In this document: in pieces, positions 19,473 to 28,022 of the stretch | How positions within the stretch are numbered: the first letter of the stretch is position 1 | How the letters are laid out: each line of letters opens with the position of its first letter | Virus record (IMG/VR): IMGVR_UViG_3300032138_000013 | Span: 561 to 64,560 of that record | DNA from: a virus | Taxonomy: Duplodnaviria; Caudoviricetes | Reading direction: 5' to 3' (one strand) | DNA length: 64,000 nt | Notes under the pieces: generated by a model | The model's input: the letters and a program-made list of their open reading frames with translations, nothing else | The model's database searches: none | Told to the model about the DNA's origin: nothing | Made by a program: the position numbers and the translations under genes

Positions 19473-21386
19473 ATGGCTAACAATAAAAAGAACCCAAAAA
19501 ACCCAGAATCACCTTTGTTCCGACAACTGACCCGATTGTTGTCGGGACCACTTGTAAACTATAGAACGCAGACAAGTCGTAAGCTTTCTCGTGTTCAGTT
19601 GGATAAGTTTAAGTTTCAATCGGCTTCTGGGTTAAATTTTAAGAAATCCTCTTACAACCCCTTTGAGCAACTTAGCACTGCCATTATGGCAAATCAACTG
19701 CGTGCCGAGCGATACCAAGACTTTGAGCAAATGGAGTACACTCCAGAGATTGCCTCTGCTCTTGACATTTATGCCGATGAAATGACAACATCATCAGACT
19801 TGCAGCCACTACTTTCTATCAAGTGCCCCAATGAAGAGATCAAGGCAGTACTTAATGAGCTTTATCATACTGTACTTAACGTTGATTTTAATCTCTTTGG
19901 TTGGTGCCGCACAATGTGCAAATATGGAGATTTCTTTTTATATCTTGACATTGACGAGCGCCTCGGCATTCAGTCAACTGTTGGATTGCCCACTCAAGAA
20001 ATTGAGCGCCTTGAAGGCGAAGACAAGACTAATCCAAAATATATTCAGTTTCAGTGGAACTCAGGTGGTTTAACTTTTGAAAACTTCCAAATTGGACATT
20101 TCAGAATTTTAGGAAATGATAAATATGCTCCATATGGAACTTCTATTCTTGAGCCCGCACGAAGAATTTTCCGTCAGTTGATTCTTTTAGAAGACGCAAT
20201 GATGGCATATCGTATTGTTCGTTCTCCTGAGCGTCGTGTTTTCTACATTGATGTTGGAAACGTCCCGCCTAACGATGTTGAGCAATATATGCAAAAAGTC
20301 ATGACACAAATGAAACGCAATCAGGTGGTCGATACCAATACTGGTCGTGTGGATCTTCGCTATAACCCAATGAGTGTTGAAGAAGATTATTTTATTCCAG
20401 TTCGTGGAGGCGTTTCATCCGAGGTCAAGTCTTTACCCGGCGGTGCTATGACGGGAGATATTGACGATGTTAGATATTTAAGAGACAAGCTGTTTGCTGC
20501 CCTTAAGGTTCCCGCATCTTATTTATCACAAGCCGAAGGTGCCGACGAGGACAAAACAACCCTTGCGCAAAAAGACGTTCGCTTCGCCAGAACAATCCAA
20601 AGGTTGCAAAGATCTATTGTTACAGAGTTAGAAAAGGTTGGAATTATTCACCTTTATACTCTTGGATACAAGGGTGCCGATCTTATTAGTTTTAAATTAT
20701 CTTTGAACAACCCCTCGAAAATCGCAGAGCTTCAAGAGCTTGAGCATTGGAAAACTAAGTTTGATATCGCAGGCGCGGCTACTGATGGCTTCTTTAGTCG
20801 TCGTTGGGTTGCCGACCATATCTTCAATCTTTCCGAAGAAGAATTTATCCGTAATCAGCGAGAGATGTTCTTTGACCGACGCCTTGATGCTGAACTTGAA
20901 GGTGTTGCTACCGCTGTTGAAAATGCAGCCGGAGGCGGCGCGGGTGACCTCGGCGGTGATCTTGATTCAGAACTTGGAGGTGGCGAAGACCTCTTGGGCG
21001 GAGATGATACCCTGGCAGCAGAAGAGCCAGCCGAGGAAGCCCCTGAAGAGGATACACTTCTCGCTTCCCCTGGTAAACGCGATGACCAAAGACGTAAGGG
21101 CAAAAGCGGACCAACAAAACGCCATCGTAGTAGTCGAGCAAGGGGTGTAGAAATTAACACTCCCCGCAAAAACAACCCCGGCGCAGTAGGATACGAAACA
21201 ATGCACCATCTTTCTTCGGTTGGTGATGAGTTTAAAAAGGCTGGATTGTATCAGGAAGAACAGCCACCAGGCGATAATTTTGAAGAAAGAAGATTATTTG
21301 AGGTCAAACACGAAATCAAGAAACTAATTACGGAGCTAGATAATAGTAAATTAGGTGACATAAATGAAAAAAATAAAGCACAATAA
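19473..21386 (+). CDS. gp20: Portal protein (T4 gp20-like) with an acidic/Gly-rich C-terminal extension
   Basis: PEIASALDIYADE; LEDAMMAYRIVRSPERRVFYIDVGN; EDYFIPVRGG; follows terL. Confidence 0.93.
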   Translation: MANNKKNPKNPESPLFRQLTRLLSGPLVNYRTQTSRKLSRVQLDKFKFQSASGLNFKKSSYNPFEQLSTAIMANQLRAERYQDFEQMEYTPEIASALDIYADEMTTSSDLQPLLSIKCPNEEIKAVLNELYHTVLNVDFNLFGWCRTMCKYGDFFLYLDIDERLGIQSTVGLPTQEIERLEGEDKTNPKYIQFQWNSGGLTFENFQIGHFRILGNDKYAPYGTSILEPARRIFRQLILLEDAMMAYRIVRSPERRVFYIDVGNVPPNDVEQYMQKVMTQMKRNQVVDTNTGRVDLRYNPMSVEEDYFIPVRGGVSSEVKSLPGGAMTGDIDDVRYLRDKLFAALKVPASYLSQAEGADEDKTTLAQKDVRFARTIQRLQRSIVTELEKVGIIHLYTLGYKGADLISFKLSLNNPSKIAELQELEHWKTKFDIAGAATDGFFSRRWVADHIFNLSEEEFIRNQREMFFDRRLDAELEGVATAVENAAGGGAGDLGGDLDSELGGGEDLLGGDDTLAAEEPAEEAPEEDTLLASPGKRDDQRRKGKSGPTKRHRSSRARGVEINTPRKNNPGAVGYETMHHLSSVGDEFKKAGLYQEEQPPGDNFEERRLFEVKHEIKKLITELDNSKLGDINEKNKAQ

Positions 21387-22200
21387 AAAAAGAAATACCG
21401 CTTTTCTATACGAAGCTCTGATTCGTGAGATGACGAAAGCTGTTGTATCAAAGAACGAGAGAGTTAAAAAAACAATACTTAATATATTAAAAGAGTCTTT
21501 CTCTCCTAAGAATGTATTGTCTAAAGAATTAGAATTATATCGAACACTGCTTGAAACAGAAAAACTTAATTCTGTCACAGCGGAAAAGTTATTATATCAA
21601 GTTCGTGAAGCACATAACAACCTCGGCCAAGAAGCTATTTATAGTGCCCAAAGCTATGTGATCAACAGAGTTAACAAAGAATTAAGCCCTGACGTATTTA
21701 ATAACTTTGTGCCAAACTATAAAAGTATCGCAACAGTTTCACAGCTTTTTGGAATGGACTCTAGCGCGGCTGGCATCAAAAGAGGTGTCCTCTTAGAACA
21801 AAACATTATTTCGAACCTAACCTCGAATGGAGAGCAAGAAACTATAAAAGAACTTAAACCAATTGACAATCTTGTATATAAGACATTCTCTGGTAAATTT
21901 AATGAAGTTTATGCAGAGGGCTTATTAGGTGAGCAAAAAGAATTATTAAATCGTTATATTTTTTCTTTTACTGACAACAGTGTTGACATAAAAATTTATC
22001 TTAATGAAGAGTTGGCAAGACTGCACACAGAACTTGACACCGCTTTGTTATCCGAGCACATTAAAGCAGACGAAACAATGATTAGCTCCACCAATTCTGT
22101 AATTTCAATGATTGAAGACTTTAGAAATCAACCAGTTGATAAGACACTTATAGAAAGTGTTTTAAAAATTCAGAACTTAGTTCATGAGATTAAATCGTAA
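21364..22200 (+). CDS. Hypothetical head-cluster protein
   Basis: Intact helical ORF overlapping the portal end. Confidence 0.6.
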   Translation: MKKIKHNKKRNTAFLYEALIREMTKAVVSKNERVKKTILNILKESFSPKNVLSKELELYRTLLETEKLNSVTAEKLLYQVREAHNNLGQEAIYSAQSYVINRVNKELSPDVFNNFVPNYKSIATVSQLFGMDSSAAGIKRGVLLEQNIISNLTSNGEQETIKELKPIDNLVYKTFSGKFNEVYAEGLLGEQKELLNRYIFSFTDNSVDIKIYLNEELARLHTELDTALLSEHIKADETMISSTNSVISMIEDFRNQPVDKTLIESVLKIQNLVHEIKS

Positions 22201-22739
22201 TGAGCATTAAAGTAACCATTCCTCACATTAAGGACAAGATTGGTATCAAAGAAGATATCAAGTTAACTATCCGCAAGACACTTGGAAATCAGCTTGTTGT
22301 TGAGGACCACCCTGATGTTGATATTGTTATTTACCCCGAGAGTAATAAGATTCTTGCCCTCGCCAAACATATCACTAATGAAGAAGTGTATGATACTCAG
22401 GACAGATTTTTCTTATTATTAAGAACTGAAGGGCTTATTGAGCCAGAAAGTGTTCGTTCTGGATATGTCTATGGCTCTATGGAAGCCCAAATGTTTCTAA
22501 ACGAAGATATTGATATGGTGCAGGCTGCTCTTTTTAGTATAAATAAATTTATATTAGAAGAAGCTCCCTACTTTGAACACCTTGAAGAATTTGAGCGTGC
22601 TGTTGAAGACCATCTCACCGATCCTGAACCCGTGGATAGCACTACTCTCGGTGAAGTTCCGCAAGAGCCAGTTAAGGGATCAATCCGTCCAGGCTGGATC
22701 CGTGGTCCATATGGCATGAGTATCATGAACAGGACATAA
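22200..22739 (+). CDS. Hypothetical protein
   Basis: Intact coupled ORF. Confidence 0.6.
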   Translation: MSIKVTIPHIKDKIGIKEDIKLTIRKTLGNQLVVEDHPDVDIVIYPESNKILALAKHITNEEVYDTQDRFFLLLRTEGLIEPESVRSGYVYGSMEAQMFLNEDIDMVQAALFSINKFILEEAPYFEHLEEFERAVEDHLTDPEPVDSTTLGEVPQEPVKGSIRPGWIRGPYGMSIMNRT

Positions 22740-22740
22740 A

Positions 22741-23043
22741 ATGGATCTCTTATACTTTGTGTTAACCGCTTTTGGTTTAACGCAGATTTTAGTATATGGG
22801 TCTATATTTGATTCCATACGCCCTTCCAATGGTAAGTTGGGAGAATTGTTTCGTTGTTCAATGTGTCTTGGCTTCTGGGTCGGGGCGTTTTTATTTGGAA
22901 TTAATGGGTATACAGAACTATTTACATTTGAGTATACTTTTGCCAATCTTTTTATATTAGGTTGGTTGTCATCTGGAACTTCATATGTATTAAGTATGAT
23001 TTTTTGTGACAATGGAATACAGATAGGAGTAAATAATGGATAA
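22741..23043 (+). CDS. Small multi-pass membrane protein with CxxC
   Basis: Three hydrophobic segments; LFRCSMCLGFWVG. Confidence 0.6.
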   Translation: MDLLYFVLTAFGLTQILVYGSIFDSIRPSNGKLGELFRCSMCLGFWVGAFLFGINGYTELFTFEYTFANLFILGWLSSGTSYVLSMIFCDNGIQIGVNNG

Positions 23044-23143
23044 CTGGATAAGCAAGTGGATGCTTCAGCCTGTAAGACGCTGTTGTAAAGGATCCAAACC
23101 CGCGCAGGTAGCGCCTGCAAATGGAATTAATTATGAAAGATAA
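23036..23143 (+). CDS. 35-aa peptide missed by the ORF track (MDNWISKWMLQPVRRCCKGS...)
   Basis: AGGAG at 23025-29, ATG at 23036, TAA at 23141-43; overlaps both neighbours. Confidence 0.5.
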   Translation: MDNWISKWMLQPVRRCCKGSKPAQVAPANGINYER

Positions 23144-23738
23144 ATTATTATTAACAGAATATTATGAACTGTGTCCTAACGGAAAGTGCGACGATCTTTT
23201 AACTGAAGAAGAAAAGCGTATGGTCCGTGAGGAAGGCGCGATGTTTTTAACTGGCGTTATGCAAAGATGCAACCATCGTAATGGCAATGGACGGATGTAT
23301 TCTGAGCAAATTTTAAGACGAGAGGTTGACAACTATACCAAGCTTGTGCGTGAACGCAGAGCCCTTGGCGAATTAGATCATCCCGATTCGGGTGTAATTA
23401 ACCTGGCTAATGCCTCGCACCTTGTAACGGAAATTTGGTGGGATGATGATGCCGTAATGGGTAAGGTGCAAATTCTTAATACACCGGCTGGAAAGATTCT
23501 TCGCTCCCTATGCGGCGACAACATTAAGCTTGGTATCTCTTCCCGAGGTATGGGATCTGTTCACGAAGCAAACGGAACAACGATTGTTGAAGATGATTTT
23601 CAATTAATTTGTTTTGACTTCGTATCTGAGCCCTCAACCACTGGTGCCTTTATGATGCAAGAAAATAAACAGCCTAATATTATTACAAAGGCGGACAAGA
23701 TTAATAGAGCCCTTAACGATGTATTGAGGAAGAGATGA
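23133..23738 (+). CDS. gp21: Prohead core protease (T4 gp21-like)
   Basis: NGNGRMY, ALGELDHP (His), LGISSRGMGS (Ser), FDFVSEPS. Confidence 0.92.
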   Translation: MKDKLLLTEYYELCPNGKCDDLLTEEEKRMVREEGAMFLTGVMQRCNHRNGNGRMYSEQILRREVDNYTKLVRERRALGELDHPDSGVINLANASHLVTEIWWDDDAVMGKVQILNTPAGKILRSLCGDNIKLGISSRGMGSVHEANGTTIVEDDFQLICFDFVSEPSTTGAFMMQENKQPNIITKADKINRALNDVLRKR

Positions 23739-24160
23739 ATAAATCGGAGCTTAAAAAGGCTTTAAGACCTTTAATAAAAGAATGTATTAAAGAAGTAATT
23801 TTTGAAGAAGGAGTGCTCTCCAATATTGTTTCAGAGGTAGCACAAGGTCTTGGCAAACAAACTTTGGTTGAGACAGTAACGGCTGACAAGCCCGCCGTCC
23901 GTCAGGAAGTTGATACCTCAAAACAAGAGCAGGCGAGAGTTAAACAAAAGCTACAGGAAACCAGAAAAAGAATGCTAGACGCTATTGGCACAGACTCCTA
24001 TAACGGAGTTGATGTTTTTGCTGGAACAACTCCCACTTCTTCGCCGTCTGACAGCCAACAAGGAAGTCCATTAAATGGAGTAGATCCAGGCGATTCTGGT
24101 GTTGACATAAATAAACTTTTTGGAGGAACCAGTAGAAACTGGTCAGGGATGGTTAAATGA
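23735..24160 (+). CDS. Hypothetical head-cluster protein
   Basis: N-terminal LIKECIKEVIFEE has I-x-E repeats typical of prohead-protease substrates. Confidence 0.55.
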   Translation: MNKSELKKALRPLIKECIKEVIFEEGVLSNIVSEVAQGLGKQTLVETVTADKPAVRQEVDTSKQEQARVKQKLQETRKRMLDAIGTDSYNGVDVFAGTTPTSSPSDSQQGSPLNGVDPGDSGVDINKLFGGTSRNWSGMVK

Positions 24161-24384
24161 GTAAAGCAGTGAACATAGCGGTTAGACCTTTAAAGAAGTC
24201 TCGTGGTAAAGGCACCGACTCAGACGAGAGGATGATTCGTAGATTTACAAGAAAGGTGAAAAAGGCTGGAATTCTTGACGAAGTTAAGAAAAGAAGACAT
24301 TTTAAAAAGCCATCTCAGGTGAAAAGAGAGGCGGCTGCTCGTAGAAAAAGAGAATTAGCCAAATTAGAAAGAAAAAAGAAATAA
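24157..24384 (+). CDS. rpsU: Phage-encoded ribosomal protein bS21
   Basis: ERMIRRFTRKVKKAGILDEVKKRRHFKKPSQVKR matches the bS21 pattern (xLRRFKRxxxKxGxxxExRxRxxYxKPS); 75 aa, very basic. Confidence 0.88.
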   Translation: MSKAVNIAVRPLKKSRGKGTDSDERMIRRFTRKVKKAGILDEVKKRRHFKKPSQVKREAAARRKRELAKLERKKK

Positions 24385-24424
24385 TTACATACTAATTATA
24401 TAGAAAATGGGAGTTTAATATATT

Positions 24425-24859
24425 ATGGGTGCAGATCCTTTTAGCAAATACGGAGTTGGACTAAACAATGTCGGCTCATACCAAGTGGCTGGGACACCTT
24501 GGATTACTGGTTCCACGACACTGCCTGCGGGTCATGAAGTGGGATACGACTTCCCCATGGTGACAAAAACGTTTACAGTTATTAATAGAAGTAACGAAAA
24601 TGTGAGAGTACATTTTAATTCAACTAGCTCCGGTGATGTTGTAGACGGACTACACTTTGTGGAACTTGATTCAAAAAATGATTCCTACACTTTTAACAAC
24701 AAGTCAAAAGAAATATATATCTCAGCCCCCGCGACGAACGACGCCAATGCCTCTTTCACAGTTACGGCAGAATTGACACAAATTGAATCCGGCAGAATGT
24801 ATGTGCTTACTGGGTCTGGATTAACAACAGTTGACAGAGATGCTCAGAAGGACCAGTGA
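24425..24859 (+). CDS. Small putative virion protein, paralog of 60691..61125
   Basis: GLNNVGSYQVAGTPW vs GLHNVGSFQVSSIPW; late-type motif at 24391; GGGAG Shine-Dalgarno. Confidence 0.6.
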   Translation: MGADPFSKYGVGLNNVGSYQVAGTPWITGSTTLPAGHEVGYDFPMVTKTFTVINRSNENVRVHFNSTSSGDVVDGLHFVELDSKNDSYTFNNKSKEIYISAPATNDANASFTVTAELTQIESGRMYVLTGSGLTTVDRDAQKDQ

Positions 24860-24868
24860 GGATTTTAG

Positions 24869-25459
24869 ATGAGTAAGTTTAGTAGATTCCAGCCGAGCCG
24901 TGCGGTCATTGTGAGCGCCGGAGCAGCAGCAGGCGCAGGAGTTAGCGAAGGTGCAGACGGATCCGGTGCGGTAGTTTCTGCAATTGTTAGTGAACTTAGT
25001 AATGAGATTATTACAACCTTACAGGTTGACATACACGGATTGAATTGTGCCACCGGAGCGAGCAAAGTAATAGGAAACGCCAGCGCAGCCGCAAATGCAT
25101 ACCTAATACAATTGGATCCAGATGTCAATGGCGTAATTTATAAAGCAGAAATGGGTTGTGTGGAAATGCCCGGAAGCGGCGGTACTGTTCTCACCGATAT
25201 TGATCTTGTTGTTAGCACAGCCGCATTAGCGGCTCAAGCCGATGCTTCTGCTGCTGCAAACTATAAAGCCTTTGTGACAGCCGGAGGTAACTTCAGCCCA
25301 GGTGTGCTCAGAAGAAGCACAGCCGGTGCCGCATTAGATTCTGATGTCGGTGGCAGCGATTATTATTTATACGTTGTTAATGGCGCTGGTGGAACAAGCA
25401 CAGGTGAGTATAATGCCGGACAATTTATAATCAAGTTGTATGGGGCTAAGACCTTCTAA
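24869..25459 (+). CDS. Ala/Gly-rich putative virion (decoration-like) protein
   Basis: Composition and position in the head cluster; GAGG Shine-Dalgarno. Confidence 0.5.
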   Translation: MSKFSRFQPSRAVIVSAGAAAGAGVSEGADGSGAVVSAIVSELSNEIITTLQVDIHGLNCATGASKVIGNASAAANAYLIQLDPDVNGVIYKAEMGCVEMPGSGGTVLTDIDLVVSTAALAAQADASAAANYKAFVTAGGNFSPGVLRRSTAGAALDSDVGGSDYYLYVVNGAGGTSTGEYNAGQFIIKLYGAKTF

Positions 25460-25502
25460 TAACTATTTACAATGTAAAAGTATATTATAGGAGCACCATC
25501 TA

Positions 25503-27950
25503 ATGGGTGAATTTACCTGGGAGTATATCGACAGCGATGCGTATATAACTGCTAGTGGTCCAACAGGCTCCGTTCAGTTTAGGGCTGGAGACGAACTCAG
25601 CCTGTCTAAAATAAGCGGAAGTTCAAGATTAACTTACAATACAAGTTCAAATTTTTTAGAATTCCAAGGCGATCTTAATGTTACAGGAAATGTTCACGCC
25701 GATGGTGCCCGAACCGAGTTATCGTCCAGCAACTTAATTATTACAGATCCCGTCTTTGGTCTTGGTTTTGGCACAGGTAGTGTTCAAACTGGAACTTTGG
25801 GCGACCGAGGCTTTGTGTTCGGTCTTGCTGGCAATAATAACCAAGCTTTGATTTGGGATCAAACCTCTGGTTCTTTTCTTATGGGAAAGATAGGAGCAAC
25901 AGGTCCAACAGAAACAGCTTACGATATGCCACCTGTCTACCTTGGTATACTTAGATTGGGTGCTTTGCAGTTTATCCAAGACCTTTCAGGCTCCGGTGGT
26001 TTATTTGGACAGACCTTGGAAACAAGCGGCGATGCCTTAATCTCGGGTTCAATTAAAAATGGTTCATTTATTTCAAGTTCTGGTGAGGTGTACGGAACAT
26101 CCTTAAGATCAAGTGGCAACTCTTCAGTTTCCGGCACGATGATTATTAGCGGCAATGTTCATATCGCCGATGATACAAGATTATATTTTGGAACCAATGA
26201 AGATACTTTCATTGAATATGCGACTGACGATGGCGTAGTTGATGCTTTAAGTATTTCAGGATCCATTTCCCGTGGAACAGAATTAAGTGGAACAGCAATC
26301 TTTGTTGACGCAGATACTATTACTACTGGTAGTCTCGCCGGACCTACAAGCCGCGTTGCTCTTTCCACTACTAGTAATATGATTCTAACCGGCGTCGTCG
26401 CGTTGACACCCGGCGGTGCAAATACTAATGTTCAGTTTAATGATGGTGGAACTGAAATGGGCGGCTCAAACAATTTTACTTTCACCGCGTTGAGCGGGCT
26501 TGTAAAAATTGTTGGCAATGTCTCTGGCTCAGGATTCGTTCATGCGAAAAATTTAAGCACCAGCGGCAAAGTTAATATAACCGGATCTCTTTCTGGTGCC
26601 GCTGAATTATTTGGTGGAGCATTAAGAACCAGCGGTCAACTTGATGCCACTGGCTCTATCACAAATAAATCCTTTGTCTCAAGTTCTGGCGAAGTGTTCG
26701 GCGCTTCACTAAGAACAAGCGGAGTCATTCTTGCTACTGGAAGTGTCACCTCCCCGGAAATCACTTCAACCGGAGCTTCAAGTCTGGGCTCTTTAAGTGT
26801 CGGCGACCTTTCAGGTTCAGCCCGCTTATTTGGTCAAGGAATTGAAACCAGCGGTCATCTTGCTGTTACAGGTTCAATTAGAAACGGCTCTTTTATATCA
26901 AGTTCCAATGAAATATATGGAACAAGCCTTAGATCGAGTGGGGGTGTACAAGTTACCGGAGCTATTAGAAATGGATCTTTTATCTCAAGCTCTGGCGAGA
27001 TCTTTGGAGCAGCCCTTCGAACAAGCTCAGAACTAAGAACTAGTGGATCCATTAAAAGTATTTCTGTTATATCAAGCTCCAATGAAGTTCGTGGAGGCAG
27101 TCTTGGAACTAGTGGCGATGTGCTTGTCACAGGGTCTATTGAAGCCCAACAAACCGGAGGCCCCTTCGTCTTCGTGACATCCTTTATCTCAAGCTCTGGC
27201 GAGATCTTTGGCTCATCATTGAGAACAAGTAAACTTCTTTCTGTTTCAGGCTCTACAGTTCTTAAAGGTGAGACAAGAATATTAGACGATCTTGTTGTAG
27301 AAGATGACGTAATGTTAACTGGCTCTCTTACTGTGATGAGTGGAGCAATTCTTGCTACTACAAAAAAGGTATTTGAAACAGATGGAGAAGATGGGGCAAT
27401 ACTCCAAGGTCGCACACGAGGTAAGTTTATACAACTTTTTCCATCTAATACTTTAATGTCAAGTACAAGTCAAGCCAATGCTGGTCGCTTCATAAGTCTT
27501 AACCAAGGATCCCAGTCCGGGGTTGCAGCAACGATCTCTTGGAAAAACGTTCTTCTCATGCCCTTCTCTGGCAGAATGATAAAACTTGTCTATAGGATGG
27601 GCTCTACAAATGGACTTTCTGATCAAAGCCCAATGCGTATGGAATTTTATGTTGGAAATGCTGCTCCCCCCGGCTCCAATGCTGAAAACGCAAGCACAGC
27701 AGCAATGATTGGCCAAGCCACAGCTAGTGCCAAAGATCCTGCTGATGGTGGAGTTTCTTCCTTAGATGTAGTTGGAGAAATTGATGTTACTGACCCATAT
27801 CAAACAACAGGTAGTTTTGCTTTTGGCACCGGGTCACACATTGCAATAAAGCTTCTCACTGCTGGTTCTACAAGACCGGGAGATTGTCTGATCACTGCTG
27901 TAATGGAACTTGATACGGGCGATCTATATGTTAGTGGTTCTGGCAATTAA
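25503..27950 (+). CDS. Fibre-like beta-repeat protein 1 of 3
   Basis: 29-aa repeats (TGSIxNxSFISSSGEIFGxxLRTSG); FGLAGNNNQALIWD module; own late motif and AGGAG Shine-Dalgarno. Confidence 0.7.
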   Translation: MGEFTWEYIDSDAYITASGPTGSVQFRAGDELSLSKISGSSRLTYNTSSNFLEFQGDLNVTGNVHADGARTELSSSNLIITDPVFGLGFGTGSVQTGTLGDRGFVFGLAGNNNQALIWDQTSGSFLMGKIGATGPTETAYDMPPVYLGILRLGALQFIQDLSGSGGLFGQTLETSGDALISGSIKNGSFISSSGEVYGTSLRSSGNSSVSGTMIISGNVHIADDTRLYFGTNEDTFIEYATDDGVVDALSISGSISRGTELSGTAIFVDADTITTGSLAGPTSRVALSTTSNMILTGVVALTPGGANTNVQFNDGGTEMGGSNNFTFTALSGLVKIVGNVSGSGFVHAKNLSTSGKVNITGSLSGAAELFGGALRTSGQLDATGSITNKSFVSSSGEVFGASLRTSGVILATGSVTSPEITSTGASSLGSLSVGDLSGSARLFGQGIETSGHLAVTGSIRNGSFISSSNEIYGTSLRSSGGVQVTGAIRNGSFISSSGEIFGAALRTSSELRTSGSIKSISVISSSNEVRGGSLGTSGDVLVTGSIEAQQTGGPFVFVTSFISSSGEIFGSSLRTSKLLSVSGSTVLKGETRILDDLVVEDDVMLTGSLTVMSGAILATTKKVFETDGEDGAILQGRTRGKFIQLFPSNTLMSSTSQANAGRFISLNQGSQSGVAATISWKNVLLMPFSGRMIKLVYRMGSTNGLSDQSPMRMEFYVGNAAPPGSNAENASTAAMIGQATASAKDPADGGVSSLDVVGEIDVTDPYQTTGSFAFGTGSHIAIKLLTAGSTRPGDCLITAVMELDTGDLYVSGSGN

Positions 27951-28022
27951 TGTTATCTGGTGTTTATGTTTGATGTATATCTATTTATATTGTAAAAAGC
28001 ATATGATAGGGAGTTTTTTCTA

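Noticed and set aside
23036-23143. Selenocysteine peptide with a SECIS hairpin
   Set aside because: The codons are TGT TGT; there is no in-frame TGA.
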